A stretch of 45,047 bases of DNA from Microbacterium sp. Lineage in GTDB: Bacteria > Actinomycetota > Actinomycetes > Actinomycetales > Microbacteriaceae. Positions 17,204 through 25,432 of the stretch are shown piece after piece. The first letter of the stretch is position 1. Every line of letters starts with the position of its first letter. Position numbers and translations under genes: made by a program. The DNA is taken from assembly GCF_035277845.1 (NCBI RefSeq), contig NZ_DATEJS010000221.1:1-45047 (forward strand). Direction: 5' to 3'. Below the pieces are notes generated by a model, which ran no database searches, had not been told where the DNA came from, and saw only the letters and a list, made by a program, of their open reading frames with translations.

Positions 17204-17953
17204 GTGTCCGTGGCCAAGCAGAATGACCTCGTCGCCGTCCTCATCGACGCAGATAACGTCTCTCCGGTGCGCATCGCCGCGGTGATGACCGAGATCGTCC
17301 AGTACGGGACAGCATCAGTCAAGCGGGTGTACGGCGACTGGACGAAACCGCAATTGACCAACTGGAAGACCGCGGCGAGCGAAAACGTCATCCAGCCGAT
17401 CCAGCAGTTCGCGAACACCGCAGGCAAGAACGCCACTGACAGTGCGCTCATCATCGACGCGATGGACCTGCTCTACACGGGCCGATTCCAAGCGTTCTGC
17501 ATTGTCTCCAGCGACAGCGACTTCACACGGCTGGCATCGCGCATCCGCGAGAACGGCGTAGCAGTCTATGGCTTCGGTGAGCGCAAGACGCCCGAAGCCT
17601 TCCGCAACGCGTGTGATCGCTTCACTTACCTCGACGTGCTCGACGAACCATCGGCGGGTGATGCCGCCGACACCACGGCCGCGAAAACCCGCGTCGCCTC
17701 GACGAAACTGCGCACCGATAATGCACTCGTGGGTGTGCTCCGCGCTGCGATCTCCAGCGCATCTCTCGAAGACGGATGGGCTGACCTCGCCGCCGTGGGC
17801 TCGCTCGTGCGAAAACAGCGACCCGACTTCGACTCCCGCAACTGGGGCTATGCGAAGCTCTCGGAACTCGTGCGCGAAATCGGACTGTTCGAGGTCGGCC
17901 ATCGGCCTGGTGGTGGTTTGCGGGTCAAGGTCGCCCCGCGAAAGTCGACGTAG
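17204..17953 (+). CDS. NYN (PIN-like) domain protein with C-terminal OST-HTH/LOTUS domain
   Basis: VLIDADN, GKNATDSALIIDAMDLL, IVSSDSDF; C-terminal PDFDSRNWGYAKLSELV. Confidence 0.92.
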   Translation: MSVAKQNDLVAVLIDADNVSPVRIAAVMTEIVQYGTASVKRVYGDWTKPQLTNWKTAASENVIQPIQQFANTAGKNATDSALIIDAMDLLYTGRFQAFCIVSSDSDFTRLASRIRENGVAVYGFGERKTPEAFRNACDRFTYLDVLDEPSAGDAADTTAAKTRVASTKLRTDNALVGVLRAAISSASLEDGWADLAAVGSLVRKQRPDFDSRNWGYAKLSELVREIGLFEVGHRPGGGLRVKVAPRKST

Positions 17954-18060
17954 CCAACACCTCCGCCGGACCCCGATCCGTGAGGCACCCGAACGCCAAA
18001 CGGTCGCACGCAATCACGATGAGAGCGAGCGCATTTCTCGTCAAGATCTGACGAGGGCTC

Positions 18061-18771
18061 TCAGTCCCGGGACGTTTCGTTGACGCTGCCGGAGCGTTCC
18101 TGGCCGCTGAGGCGGGCAATGGCGACCATGATGCGCTCGGTCATCTCGCGGCGGGCCTTGCCGTCCGGTACGCCGTCGAGGTCGGCGAAGTCAAGCGGCT
18201 CACCGAAGCGCACCTCGAGACGCGGCCGGCCCGGGAGCAGATGGCTCAGCGGCTTGGCAGTGCCGGTGCCGATCAGCCCGACGGGCACGACTGTGGCGCC
18301 GGTGTCCCGCGCCATCCATGCTGCGCCACCATGACCGTCGTGGAGTCTGCCGTCGCGTGAGCGTGTCCCCTCCGGGAACACCGCGAAGACACTCCCCGCC
18401 CGCAGGATGCTGCTTCCTGCGTCGAGCGCGGCGCGCGCGTCGCGGCCGGTCGCACGATGCACCGGCACGCCACCGATCGATCGGAAGAACCAGCGCTTGA
18501 ACCGGCCGAGCACTCCGGTCCCCGTGAAGTACGACGCCTTGGTGAGGAACTGCACGGGCCGGGCCGCGGATGTCGGGATGATGACGGTGTCGAGTGCCGC
18601 GAGATGATTGCTCGCCAGCAGCACCGGCCCATGCTCAGGCACGTTTCCTCGACCGACGATCCGCGGGCGATACATCACCCAGAACAACGGTCGCAGAATC
18701 ACCCGCCCGATGAAGTAGACAGCGCCCGGCTGCGGTGCAGGGGCGGGGCTCGGCGGAGCTGACACAGTCAC
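18061..18771 (-). CDS. Lysophospholipid acyltransferase (PlsC-like)
   Basis: NHLAALD (NHx4D) and FPEGTRS motifs. Confidence 0.93.
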   Translation of the reverse strand: MTVSAPPSPAPAPQPGAVYFIGRVILRPLFWVMYRPRIVGRGNVPEHGPVLLASNHLAALDTVIIPTSAARPVQFLTKASYFTGTGVLGRFKRWFFRSIGGVPVHRATGRDARAALDAGSSILRAGSVFAVFPEGTRSRDGRLHDGHGGAAWMARDTGATVVPVGLIGTGTAKPLSHLLPGRPRLEVRFGEPLDFADLDGVPDGKARREMTERIMVAIARLSGQERSGSVNETSRD

Positions 18772-18828
18772 CTCGTCACCCTATCCGTCGCCGTCGGGTG
18801 CATCCCCTCGGAAGAGCATGATGGAAGC

Positions 18829-19266
18829 ATGCCTGCCGCCCATCGTCCCGGCCTGCGCATCGCACCCGGGCTGACGATCCCCGAGTCTGAGCTGTCGTGG
18901 CGGTTCTCCCGGTCTTCCGGCCCCGGCGGCCAGGGGGTGAACACTGCTGACTCTCGCGTGGAACTCGCGTGGGATGCGGCGGGCTCGAAGGTCCTCTCGG
19001 TGGTGCAGCGTGACCGAATCCTCGATCGACTGAGCGGTCGCCTCGTGGACGGCGTACTGACGGTCACGGCATCCGAGCATCGCGCGCAGCTGCGCAACAG
19101 AGACGCAGCACGCGACCGCCTCGCGTCGCTGGTGACGGATGCTTTGCGGCCCCCTTCCCCGACGCGTCGACCGACAAAAGCGACTCGAGGCTCGGCGGAA
19201 CAGCGTCTGAAGGCGAAGAAACGTCGCACCGGGATCAAGGAGCTGCGCAAACCACCCATCGAGTAG
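18829..19266 (+). CDS. arfB: Alternative ribosome rescue peptidyl-tRNA hydrolase ArfB
   Basis: FSRSSGPGGQGVN, RAQLRNR, basic tail RRPTKATRGSAEQRLKAKKRR. Confidence 0.95.
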   Translation: MPAAHRPGLRIAPGLTIPESELSWRFSRSSGPGGQGVNTADSRVELAWDAAGSKVLSVVQRDRILDRLSGRLVDGVLTVTASEHRAQLRNRDAARDRLASLVTDALRPPSPTRRPTKATRGSAEQRLKAKKRRTGIKELRKPPIE

Positions 19267-19322
19267 CCTCCGCTGAGGATCCAGCAGCGGCGATGCGTAG
19301 ACGCGTCTCGCCGCCGGCTCTG

Positions 19323-20153
19323 TCAGGTGAGTTGGTCGAAATCGCCGTTCACCCAGCCGATGTGCCGGTCCGCCGAGCGTCGCACGATGCGCCGCGCGTC
19401 CGACGGGATGACGTTGTCGAAGTTCCCGTAGAGCCGGTCGAATGCGAACCGCTCCACGTGCGAGGCGATGCGGTCGACGACCCGTCCGGACAGCGGGATG
19501 CGGTTCGGGTAGCTGCGCATGAAGCTGACCGAGGTGCGATCGGGGTTCGCGAAGATCGTGTCGCTGGCCAGAAGCACTCCCTCGCCGCTGGCACCGGCGG
19601 CCCAGTGCGCGACGGCGCTGCCCGGGAAGTGGCCGCCCGGCTGGGTGAGCGTCACTCCGGGAAGGACCTCGAGGTCGCCCGACCACGTGCGGATGATCGG
19701 ATCCGGCCGCGCGACCCATTGCTGGTCCTGTTCGGCGACGAGCACCGACGCGCCGAGCGCGCGCCCCCACTCGACCTGCACACCGTACATGTGCGGGTGG
19801 CTCGCGACGATCGCCGTCACGTTTCCCACCGCCGTCACGGCATCCACACCTGCTTGGTCGATGTACCCGATCGGATCGAACAGCAGGCAACCGGCATCCG
19901 TTCGCAGCAGCTTGGACTGCTGGCCGATGCCGACGCCAGGGCTGCTGCGGACCGCCCAGAGGTCCGGCTCCCGCTCCACGACTTCGATGCGCTGGCCTGC
20001 GTCGCGCAGGTCGGCGAGGGTCGTCCAGATCTGCCCCTCGGCCGGCACCCACTGCCGCTCGTCGGCGCAGATGGCGCACACCTCAGTACGCTCTGCATGC
20101 TCGACCGCGCAGGCGGCGCAGATCCAGAACGACGACGGTGCCGTTGTAGTCAT
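19323..20153 (-). CDS. MBL-fold hydrolase with N-terminal CxxC...CxxC
   Basis: CAAC..CAIC.DERQ; SHPHMYG; GGHFPGS; FMRSYPNRIPL. Confidence 0.85.
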   Translation of the reverse strand: MTTTAPSSFWICAACAVEHAERTEVCAICADERQWVPAEGQIWTTLADLRDAGQRIEVVEREPDLWAVRSSPGVGIGQQSKLLRTDAGCLLFDPIGYIDQAGVDAVTAVGNVTAIVASHPHMYGVQVEWGRALGASVLVAEQDQQWVARPDPIIRTWSGDLEVLPGVTLTQPGGHFPGSAVAHWAAGASGEGVLLASDTIFANPDRTSVSFMRSYPNRIPLSGRVVDRIASHVERFAFDRLYGNFDNVIPSDARRIVRRSADRHIGWVNGDFDQLT

Positions 20154-20160
20154 GTACGAC

Positions 20161-20745
20161 TCACCCGGTCCAGGACTCGAGGTCGGCCCGTTGGCGCACG
20201 AGTTCCGGCCGGGACCCGTAGCGGCGGATGAGCACGTCGAGCGCCTTGAGCGTCAGCCGGCGCCCCGCCTCGTCGATGTGGCCGGTCAAACGCAGAAGCG
20301 TGAAGCCAGCGCCGATGGTGATCGTCGCCGCGTCCACCTGTCCTCCGGGTATGGGGATTCCGGGTCCCTCCTCGGTGTCGAGTTCGGAGACGACATCGGC
20401 GAACCCGCTCTCGTCGATCAAGTCGGCGACCGTCGTGTCCGGGTGGAGTTCGTCGCGACGGTGAGCCCACTCGTCGAGCATGTCCGCGCCTTCGTCAGTT
20501 CCGAAGGGCGCGAACTCGCCGGCGGGGTCGTTGTAGACCGGGTCCGTGAAATGCGCAGCGAAGGCCGGGGCAGCCTGCGGAAGAGCTTCATCGTCGGTCA
20601 TCTTGGTCTCCATCGTCGAGGGAGTCTGGCGGTCGTCGGACGAGGGCGCCATCTGACCCGCGCAGCCTCCGAGGAATACGACGGCCATGAGCACGACAAT
20701 CGTCCAGTACTTCCGCACCAGCGAAGTTTGCAACACCCGCGACAT
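20161..20745 (-). CDS. Hypothetical protein (YfeS-like acidic domain), possible lipoprotein
   Basis: FAPFGTDEGADML motif. The upstream extension has a signal peptide and LGGC lipobox; an alternative start at 20601 has a GGAG RBS. Confidence 0.7.
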   Translation of the reverse strand: MSRVLQTSLVRKYWTIVVLMAVVFLGGCAGQMAPSSDDRQTPSTMETKMTDDEALPQAAPAFAAHFTDPVYNDPAGEFAPFGTDEGADMLDEWAHRRDELHPDTTVADLIDESGFADVVSELDTEEGPGIPIPGGQVDAATITIGAGFTLLRLTGHIDEAGRRLTLKALDVLIRRYGSRPELVRQRADLESWTG

Positions 20746-20803
20746 GAATCTGTCGTCCGCCACGCCCTCCTGCCCGGTGTCCCGCCGCCGCGATCGCGGC
20801 GGG

Positions 20804-21154
20804 CTATGCCCACCCGAGCTCTTGCAGCCGGGTGTCGTCGAGGCCGAAGTAGTGTCCGATCTCGTGCACGAGCGTGATGCGCACCCGTGTACGCAGCGCG
20901 TCGAGGTCGGCGCTTTGTTCCTGCATGGTGTTCTTGTACAACGTGATCCGGTCGGGAAGCTCACCGAAACCGTAGACGCCGCGCTTCGTCAGCGGATGCC
21001 CTCGGTACAGCCCGAACAGCCGAGGCCGCTGCCCGATGGGCTGATTCTCGATGACGATCCCGACGTTCTCGAGCCCACGGACCATGTCATCGGGCAGAGC
21101 GTCGAACACGTCCGACACCATGCGCTCGAAGTCGTCGTCCGAGATCTCCACCAT
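20804..21154 (-). CDS. Zincin-like metallopeptidase family protein
   Basis: LFGLYRGHPLT, PDRITLY, VHEIGHYFG (HExxH). Confidence 0.92.
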   Translation of the reverse strand: MVEISDDDFERMVSDVFDALPDDMVRGLENVGIVIENQPIGQRPRLFGLYRGHPLTKRGVYGFGELPDRITLYKNTMQEQSADLDALRTRVRITLVHEIGHYFGLDDTRLQELGWA

Positions 21155-21338
21155 GGTCCAATTCTGCGCGCAGTGGCCGCGGCCGCACGCGAGATCCCAC
21201 CCGTTGACGTCGAAGATACGGGATCGAGCGTGGAGGGGACGGAGCGCACGGCTCGACGATACTGTCCGGGACCGCAGCATCCATCGGCGTGGAGGCCCAC
21301 TCTGGTGCGGGGCGACCGGCGTGGGGATAATCGCTCGC

Positions 21339-21548
21339 ATGAGGTCCCAGAAGCTGGTGATCGGCGCGGCCGCCATCCTGCTGACCACGGGCACCGTCCT
21401 GGTGTTCTTCGCGTTCGACGCTCATTCGCACTCGGTCAGCGACACGATCCGACCGTTCGTCATCACGATGACCCCGATCTGGGCGGCGTTCGCGATCCTC
21501 ATCTGGGCCGCGACGCGGACGCGCTCCCGCCGGCGCCACGATCACTAG
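21339..21548 (+). CDS. Small two-TM hypothetical protein
   Basis: 69 aa MRSQKLVIGAAAILL...; two hydrophobic helices; fills the gap between the zincin and dinB genes. Confidence 0.6.
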   Translation: MRSQKLVIGAAAILLTTGTVLVFFAFDAHSHSVSDTIRPFVITMTPIWAAFAILIWAATRTRSRRRHDH

Positions 21549-21581
21549 CCCGCCGGGGACCGGCTGGTTCCGGGCAGGCTG

Positions 21582-22661
21582 TCACCACCCGCTGCGGGTC
21601 GGGGTGTGCCCTGCTCGGGCGTCATCCGGCATCGCCATCTCCGCCCGCACGCCGAGCAGGCGCAGCGGACGATCCGGTTCGATCCTGGCGACCAGCTTCA
21701 TCGTCTCGGCCCGCACCGTCTCCCGGTCGAACGTGGGCGCGACCTTGTGCACCAGGGTCTTGGTCACGAACGGGGCGTATCGCACCTTGAGACCGACCCC
21801 GACGACCGGGCGCCCCTCCGCGACCACGTCCTCGAGCACCTGCTCGATCAGATCGCGCGCGGCCTGCTCGATGTCGGCGCGATCGGTGAGGTCCCGATGG
21901 AAGGTGATCTCGCGTCCGTGACCGCGCGCCACCCACGGGGTGTCGTCGACGACGGACGACCCGTCGCCGCGCCCGAGCTGCCGGAACCACGGCCCCATCT
22001 TCGGGCCGAACTCCGCGACGAGTACGGCTTCGTCCGCATCCGCGAGCTGCGCGACGGTCAGGATGCCGTGTGCCGCCAGCCGCTTCGAGATCTTGGATCC
22101 GACCCCCCAGAGGGCGATCGTCGGGCGGTCGTCCATGACGTCCCGCCAGTTCTCCGCCGTCAGCCGGAAGGTGCCGCGCGGCTTGCCGAAGTCGGTCGCG
22201 TTCTTCGCGCGCACCAGGGTGTCGCCGATGCCGATGCTGCAGTGCAGCCGCGTGCGTTCGAGCACGGCCTGCTGCACCCGTCGCGCGAACCCCTCGGGGT
22301 CGGCGGTGCGCACCCCGAGGAACGCCTCGTCCCATCCGAGCACCTGCACGACCACCCCGGGCTGGGCGCGCAACGTGGCCATGACCTCTTCCGACGCCGC
22401 GGTGTACGCCGGAGCGTCGACAGGCAGGATGACGGCATCCGGTGCCTTGCGCGCGGCGATGCGCAGCGGCATCCCCGATCCCACGCCGAACGCGCGCGCC
22501 TCGTACGACGCGGTGGAGACCACGGCCCGTTCGGTCGGATCGCCCCGGCCGCCGACGATCACCGGTCTGCCGGCGAGCTCGGGTCGGCGCAGCACCTCGA
22601 CGGCAGCGATGAACTGGTCGAGATCGACGTGCAGCACCCATGAGCGCACGGGATCGGTCAT
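21582..22661 (-). CDS. dinB: DNA polymerase IV (Y family, DinB2/DinP type)
   Basis: LHVDLDQFIAAVE, ASYEARAFGVGSGM, GWDEAF, LWGVG HhH motif, LRLLGV little-finger end. Confidence 0.95.
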   Translation of the reverse strand: MTDPVRSWVLHVDLDQFIAAVEVLRRPELAGRPVIVGGRGDPTERAVVSTASYEARAFGVGSGMPLRIAARKAPDAVILPVDAPAYTAASEEVMATLRAQPGVVVQVLGWDEAFLGVRTADPEGFARRVQQAVLERTRLHCSIGIGDTLVRAKNATDFGKPRGTFRLTAENWRDVMDDRPTIALWGVGSKISKRLAAHGILTVAQLADADEAVLVAEFGPKMGPWFRQLGRGDGSSVVDDTPWVARGHGREITFHRDLTDRADIEQAARDLIEQVLEDVVAEGRPVVGVGLKVRYAPFVTKTLVHKVAPTFDRETVRAETMKLVARIEPDRPLRLLGVRAEMAMPDDARAGHTPTRSGW

Positions 22662-22772
22662 GGTCCCAGTCTGACGAACGTCGGCCGAGGTCGGGGGACG
22701 CCGACGCTCCGCCACGCACGGAAGCTGAGAGAGCAGGTTCGCCCCCACCCGGCGAACCCGCTGCCCCGGCGA

Positions 22773-23273
22773 CTAGACGTTTCGCGAATCGTCCCCGTCC
22801 GCGCGGCGCGCCGGCACGTCTTGCGTGTCGCGCGCAGACGCTGTGTCGCGCGCAGGCGCTGTGTCGCGTGCCGGAGCTGTATCGCGGTCCGCGGTCGTGG
22901 CCGCGCCGTCGTCGGCGGTGCGTCGGCCGGAACGCGTGTCGACATCCGGATCGACGCGCGCGGCGTGCTCGTTCTGGCGGGCCGCCTCGGCCTGGGCGTC
23001 TTCCGACGCCGCGTGGCGCTCCGATGCCTGATCGCGGAGGCGCTCGGCGTCGATCTCGGCCTGCTTGGCTGCGGCTTCCGCGCGTGCGGCATCCACCTGG
23101 TGCTGTTGCGCATCAAGTTGGGAGTCACGGGCGCGGTCTCGCAGCTCTGCGGCCTGCGCGCGGTGGGCTTCGTCGCGACGTCGGCGGGAGCCGACGATCG
23201 CGAGGATCACCGCGACGATGATGAGCACGACCACGATCACGATGATCAGGACGACTGTTGCTGTGGGTGACAT
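22773..23273 (-). CDS. Hypothetical membrane-anchored coiled-coil protein
   Basis: GAGGAGG RBS; N-terminal TM followed by RRRR; Ala/Gln/Glu-rich helix; VDPD motif. Confidence 0.8.
   Translation of the reverse strand: MSPTATVVLIIVIVVVLIIVAVILAIVGSRRRRDEAHRAQAAELRDRARDSQLDAQQHQVDAARAEAAAKQAEIDAERLRDQASERHAASEDAQAEAARQNEHAARVDPDVDTRSGRRTADDGAATTADRDTAPARDTAPARDTASARDTQDVPARRADGDDSRNV
22825..22886. repeat. Intragenic 18-bp tandem repeat (about 3.5 copies)
   Basis: GTGTCGCGCGCAGACGCT / GTGTCGCGCGCAGGCGCT / GTGTCGCGTGCCGGAGCT / GTATCGCG; encodes RDTA(P/S)A. Confidence 0.8.
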
Positions 23274-23566
23274 GAGGTACCTCCTCGGGCGTCGTCTTGC
23301 GACACCGCCGTCAGCATCCCCCGGCTTGCGAACGCCGCACAGGCCGTTGACCTTTCGCCTCCGATCTGCATGGGAGCGATGCGCACCCGGGATGACGTCG
23401 GATTTCCGTCCAGAATTTGAGGTATACCGAAATCTGATCGTCGCCCTCAACCGCTGCGCATCAGTACCGATCGACGCATCATGCGGGCCGACCGTGAGAG
23501 CCGAATGGAATACCTGTCGCGGTCACATGCGTCACGGCGGGGCCCGGGAGCCTTCTCGCAAATAAA

Positions 23567-23584
23567 TCATCTGGTTCCAGATGA
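23567..23584. promoter_or_regulatory. Palindromic operator upstream of the APC permease
   Basis: TCATCTGG-TT-CCAGATGA, just upstream of -10-like TATGAT (23596-23601). Confidence 0.6.
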
Positions 23585-23718
23585 CAACCGGATCTATGAT
23601 CGCTTCGGTGCGGCGCACGGCGCCTGCGACCGGGGCTGTCAAGACCAGAGTCGAAGCGGCTCCCCCGCCGTCCCGCAACGGATGCCCCAACCCTCGCGAA
23701 CCCGAAGAGGAACATGCA

Positions 23719-25197
23719 ATGACGCAAGACAGACTCGAGACGGAGACGTCTCTCCAGCGCGCGATCGACTACGAGAACCACCAGCTGCAGGCAGGCGGCG
23801 TCTCCAAGGCCGGATCCGCGCTGATGGCCGTGGCCGGCAGTGCGCCCGCCTACTCGATCGCGGCCAGCACCGCGCTGCTCATCGGCGCGGCCGGGGTGGG
23901 TGCGCCGGGTGCCCTGCTCTGGTGCGGCATCCCGATGCTCGGCATCGCGTTCGCGTTCGGCTACCTCGCACGTGTCGACACGCACGCGGGCGCCTCGTTC
24001 TCGTGGGTCGCGCGCGGCCTGCACCCGCTGCTCGGCTTCTTCGCCGGCTGGGCGGTCGTGATCTCCGCGACGATCTTCATGGTCGCGGGCGCACTGCCCG
24101 CAGGCGCAATGACGGTCGCCCTCTTCGCTCCCGACCAGGCGAACAACACGCTGCTGGTCACCCTGGTCGGATCGGTGTGGTTCCTCGTCATGGCCGCGGC
24201 CGTCATCTTCGGCGTGCATACGACCGAGCGCGCCCAGTGGGTCATGTCGATCATCGAGGTCGGCATCCTGGTCGTCTTCGCCATCATCGCCATCCCGCGC
24301 GCGATCACGACCTACCACCACGGCCAGGCCTTCTCGTGGGACTGGTTCGGCTTCGGGCACCTCACCACCGCCGGAGTCTTCGTCTCCGCGGCCCTCATCG
24401 CGGCCTTCTACTACTGGGGCTGGGACGTCACGGCCAACCTCGGCGAAGAGACGAAGAACGCGCACAAGACCACCGGCTGGGCCGGCATCATCGGCATCAT
24501 CATCGTGTTCATCCTCTTCGAGGTGTACACGTCGACGTCGCTCGTGATGCTGCCGGGCAAGACCATCCAGGACAACGCGGCCAACGTGCTCGGGGTGCTC
24601 GGCGACGCCATCATGCCCGGCATCGGCGGCAAGATCATGATCATCGCGGTGGCCCTGTCGACCATCGCGACCCTCGAGACGACGCTGGTGCAGGTCAGCC
24701 GCACGCTGTTCGCGATGGGCCGCGACCGCACGATCCCGTTCGCCTTCGGCCGGATCAACCGCAAGTGGAAGACGCCCGTCTTCGCCACGCTCGTCGTGGT
24801 GATCGTCTCGCTGCTGCTGTTCGTGCTCGCGAACGTCTTCGGCGACAGCGTCGGTCAGATCCTCGGCTGGGCGGTCTCGTCGATCGGCCTGCAGATCGCG
24901 TTCTACTACTCGCTCGCCGGGTTCGCGGTGGTGATCGGCTTCCGCAAGGTGCTGCTCAAGTCGGTGAAGAACTTCATCCTGATCGGGATATGGCCGCTCG
25001 TCGGCGCCGTGTTCATGCTGTACATCTTCATCGCGGCGTTCGTCGACAACATCACCAACGGGGCGATCATCGTCGACTACCTCGGCGTCGGCCTGCTCGT
25101 GATCGGCGTGATCCCGCTCGCCCTCTTCTACCGCAAGGCGAAGGAGATCTACTTCACCCGTCGGCCGCTCGAGGTCCCCGAGGACTTCTCGGCGTAA
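23719..25197 (+). CDS. APC-family amino acid/amine permease
   Basis: About 12 TM segments; GSAPAYS, AGASFSWV, YWGWD..ANLGEETKN, SRTLFAMGRD, WKTP. ATG 23719 follows GAAGAGG. Confidence 0.93.
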   Translation: MTQDRLETETSLQRAIDYENHQLQAGGVSKAGSALMAVAGSAPAYSIAASTALLIGAAGVGAPGALLWCGIPMLGIAFAFGYLARVDTHAGASFSWVARGLHPLLGFFAGWAVVISATIFMVAGALPAGAMTVALFAPDQANNTLLVTLVGSVWFLVMAAAVIFGVHTTERAQWVMSIIEVGILVVFAIIAIPRAITTYHHGQAFSWDWFGFGHLTTAGVFVSAALIAAFYYWGWDVTANLGEETKNAHKTTGWAGIIGIIIVFILFEVYTSTSLVMLPGKTIQDNAANVLGVLGDAIMPGIGGKIMIIAVALSTIATLETTLVQVSRTLFAMGRDRTIPFAFGRINRKWKTPVFATLVVVIVSLLLFVLANVFGDSVGQILGWAVSSIGLQIAFYYSLAGFAVVIGFRKVLLKSVKNFILIGIWPLVGAVFMLYIFIAAFVDNITNGAIIVDYLGVGLLVIGVIPLALFYRKAKEIYFTRRPLEVPEDFSA

Positions 25198-25206
25198 CCG
25201 GCGAAT

Positions 25207-25251
25207 CGGCGGTGGTGGGTCCCGGACGGGGGCCTACCACCGCCGTCTTTT
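25207..25251 (+). terminator. Intrinsic terminator after the permease
   Basis: CGGCGGTGGTGGGTCCC...GGGGCCTACCACCGCCG hairpin followed by TCTTTT. Confidence 0.75.
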
Positions 25252-25432
25252 CGGCCGCGGATTCTCCCTGAGCAGGTCGCTGGAGGAGGCTGTCATTCTG
25301 CTGATATGCTCCGGGAATCGACGTGGGCGAAGGGGATGCCGACGTCGTCTGGGGATTCCTCGCGCACGCTCGTGACGCCGCCGTCATGGGCTCCGTGCAC
25401 CTGGGGTCGCGCAAACGGGGAGAGTGCACGGG

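Larger units (their letters stand above)
1..17953. mobile_element. Composite genomic island of nested or decayed integrative elements (boundaries approximate)
   Basis: Contains integrase, excisionase, defence and TA genes, IS remnants, a duplicated fic fragment, and more A/T-ending codons by eye. Housekeeping-type genes resume at 18061. att sites were not identified. Confidence 0.6.

Noticed and set aside
22825-22886. Tandem repeat as a possible CRISPR or regulatory array
   Set aside because: In-frame 18-bp coding units with no spacers and no cas genes.
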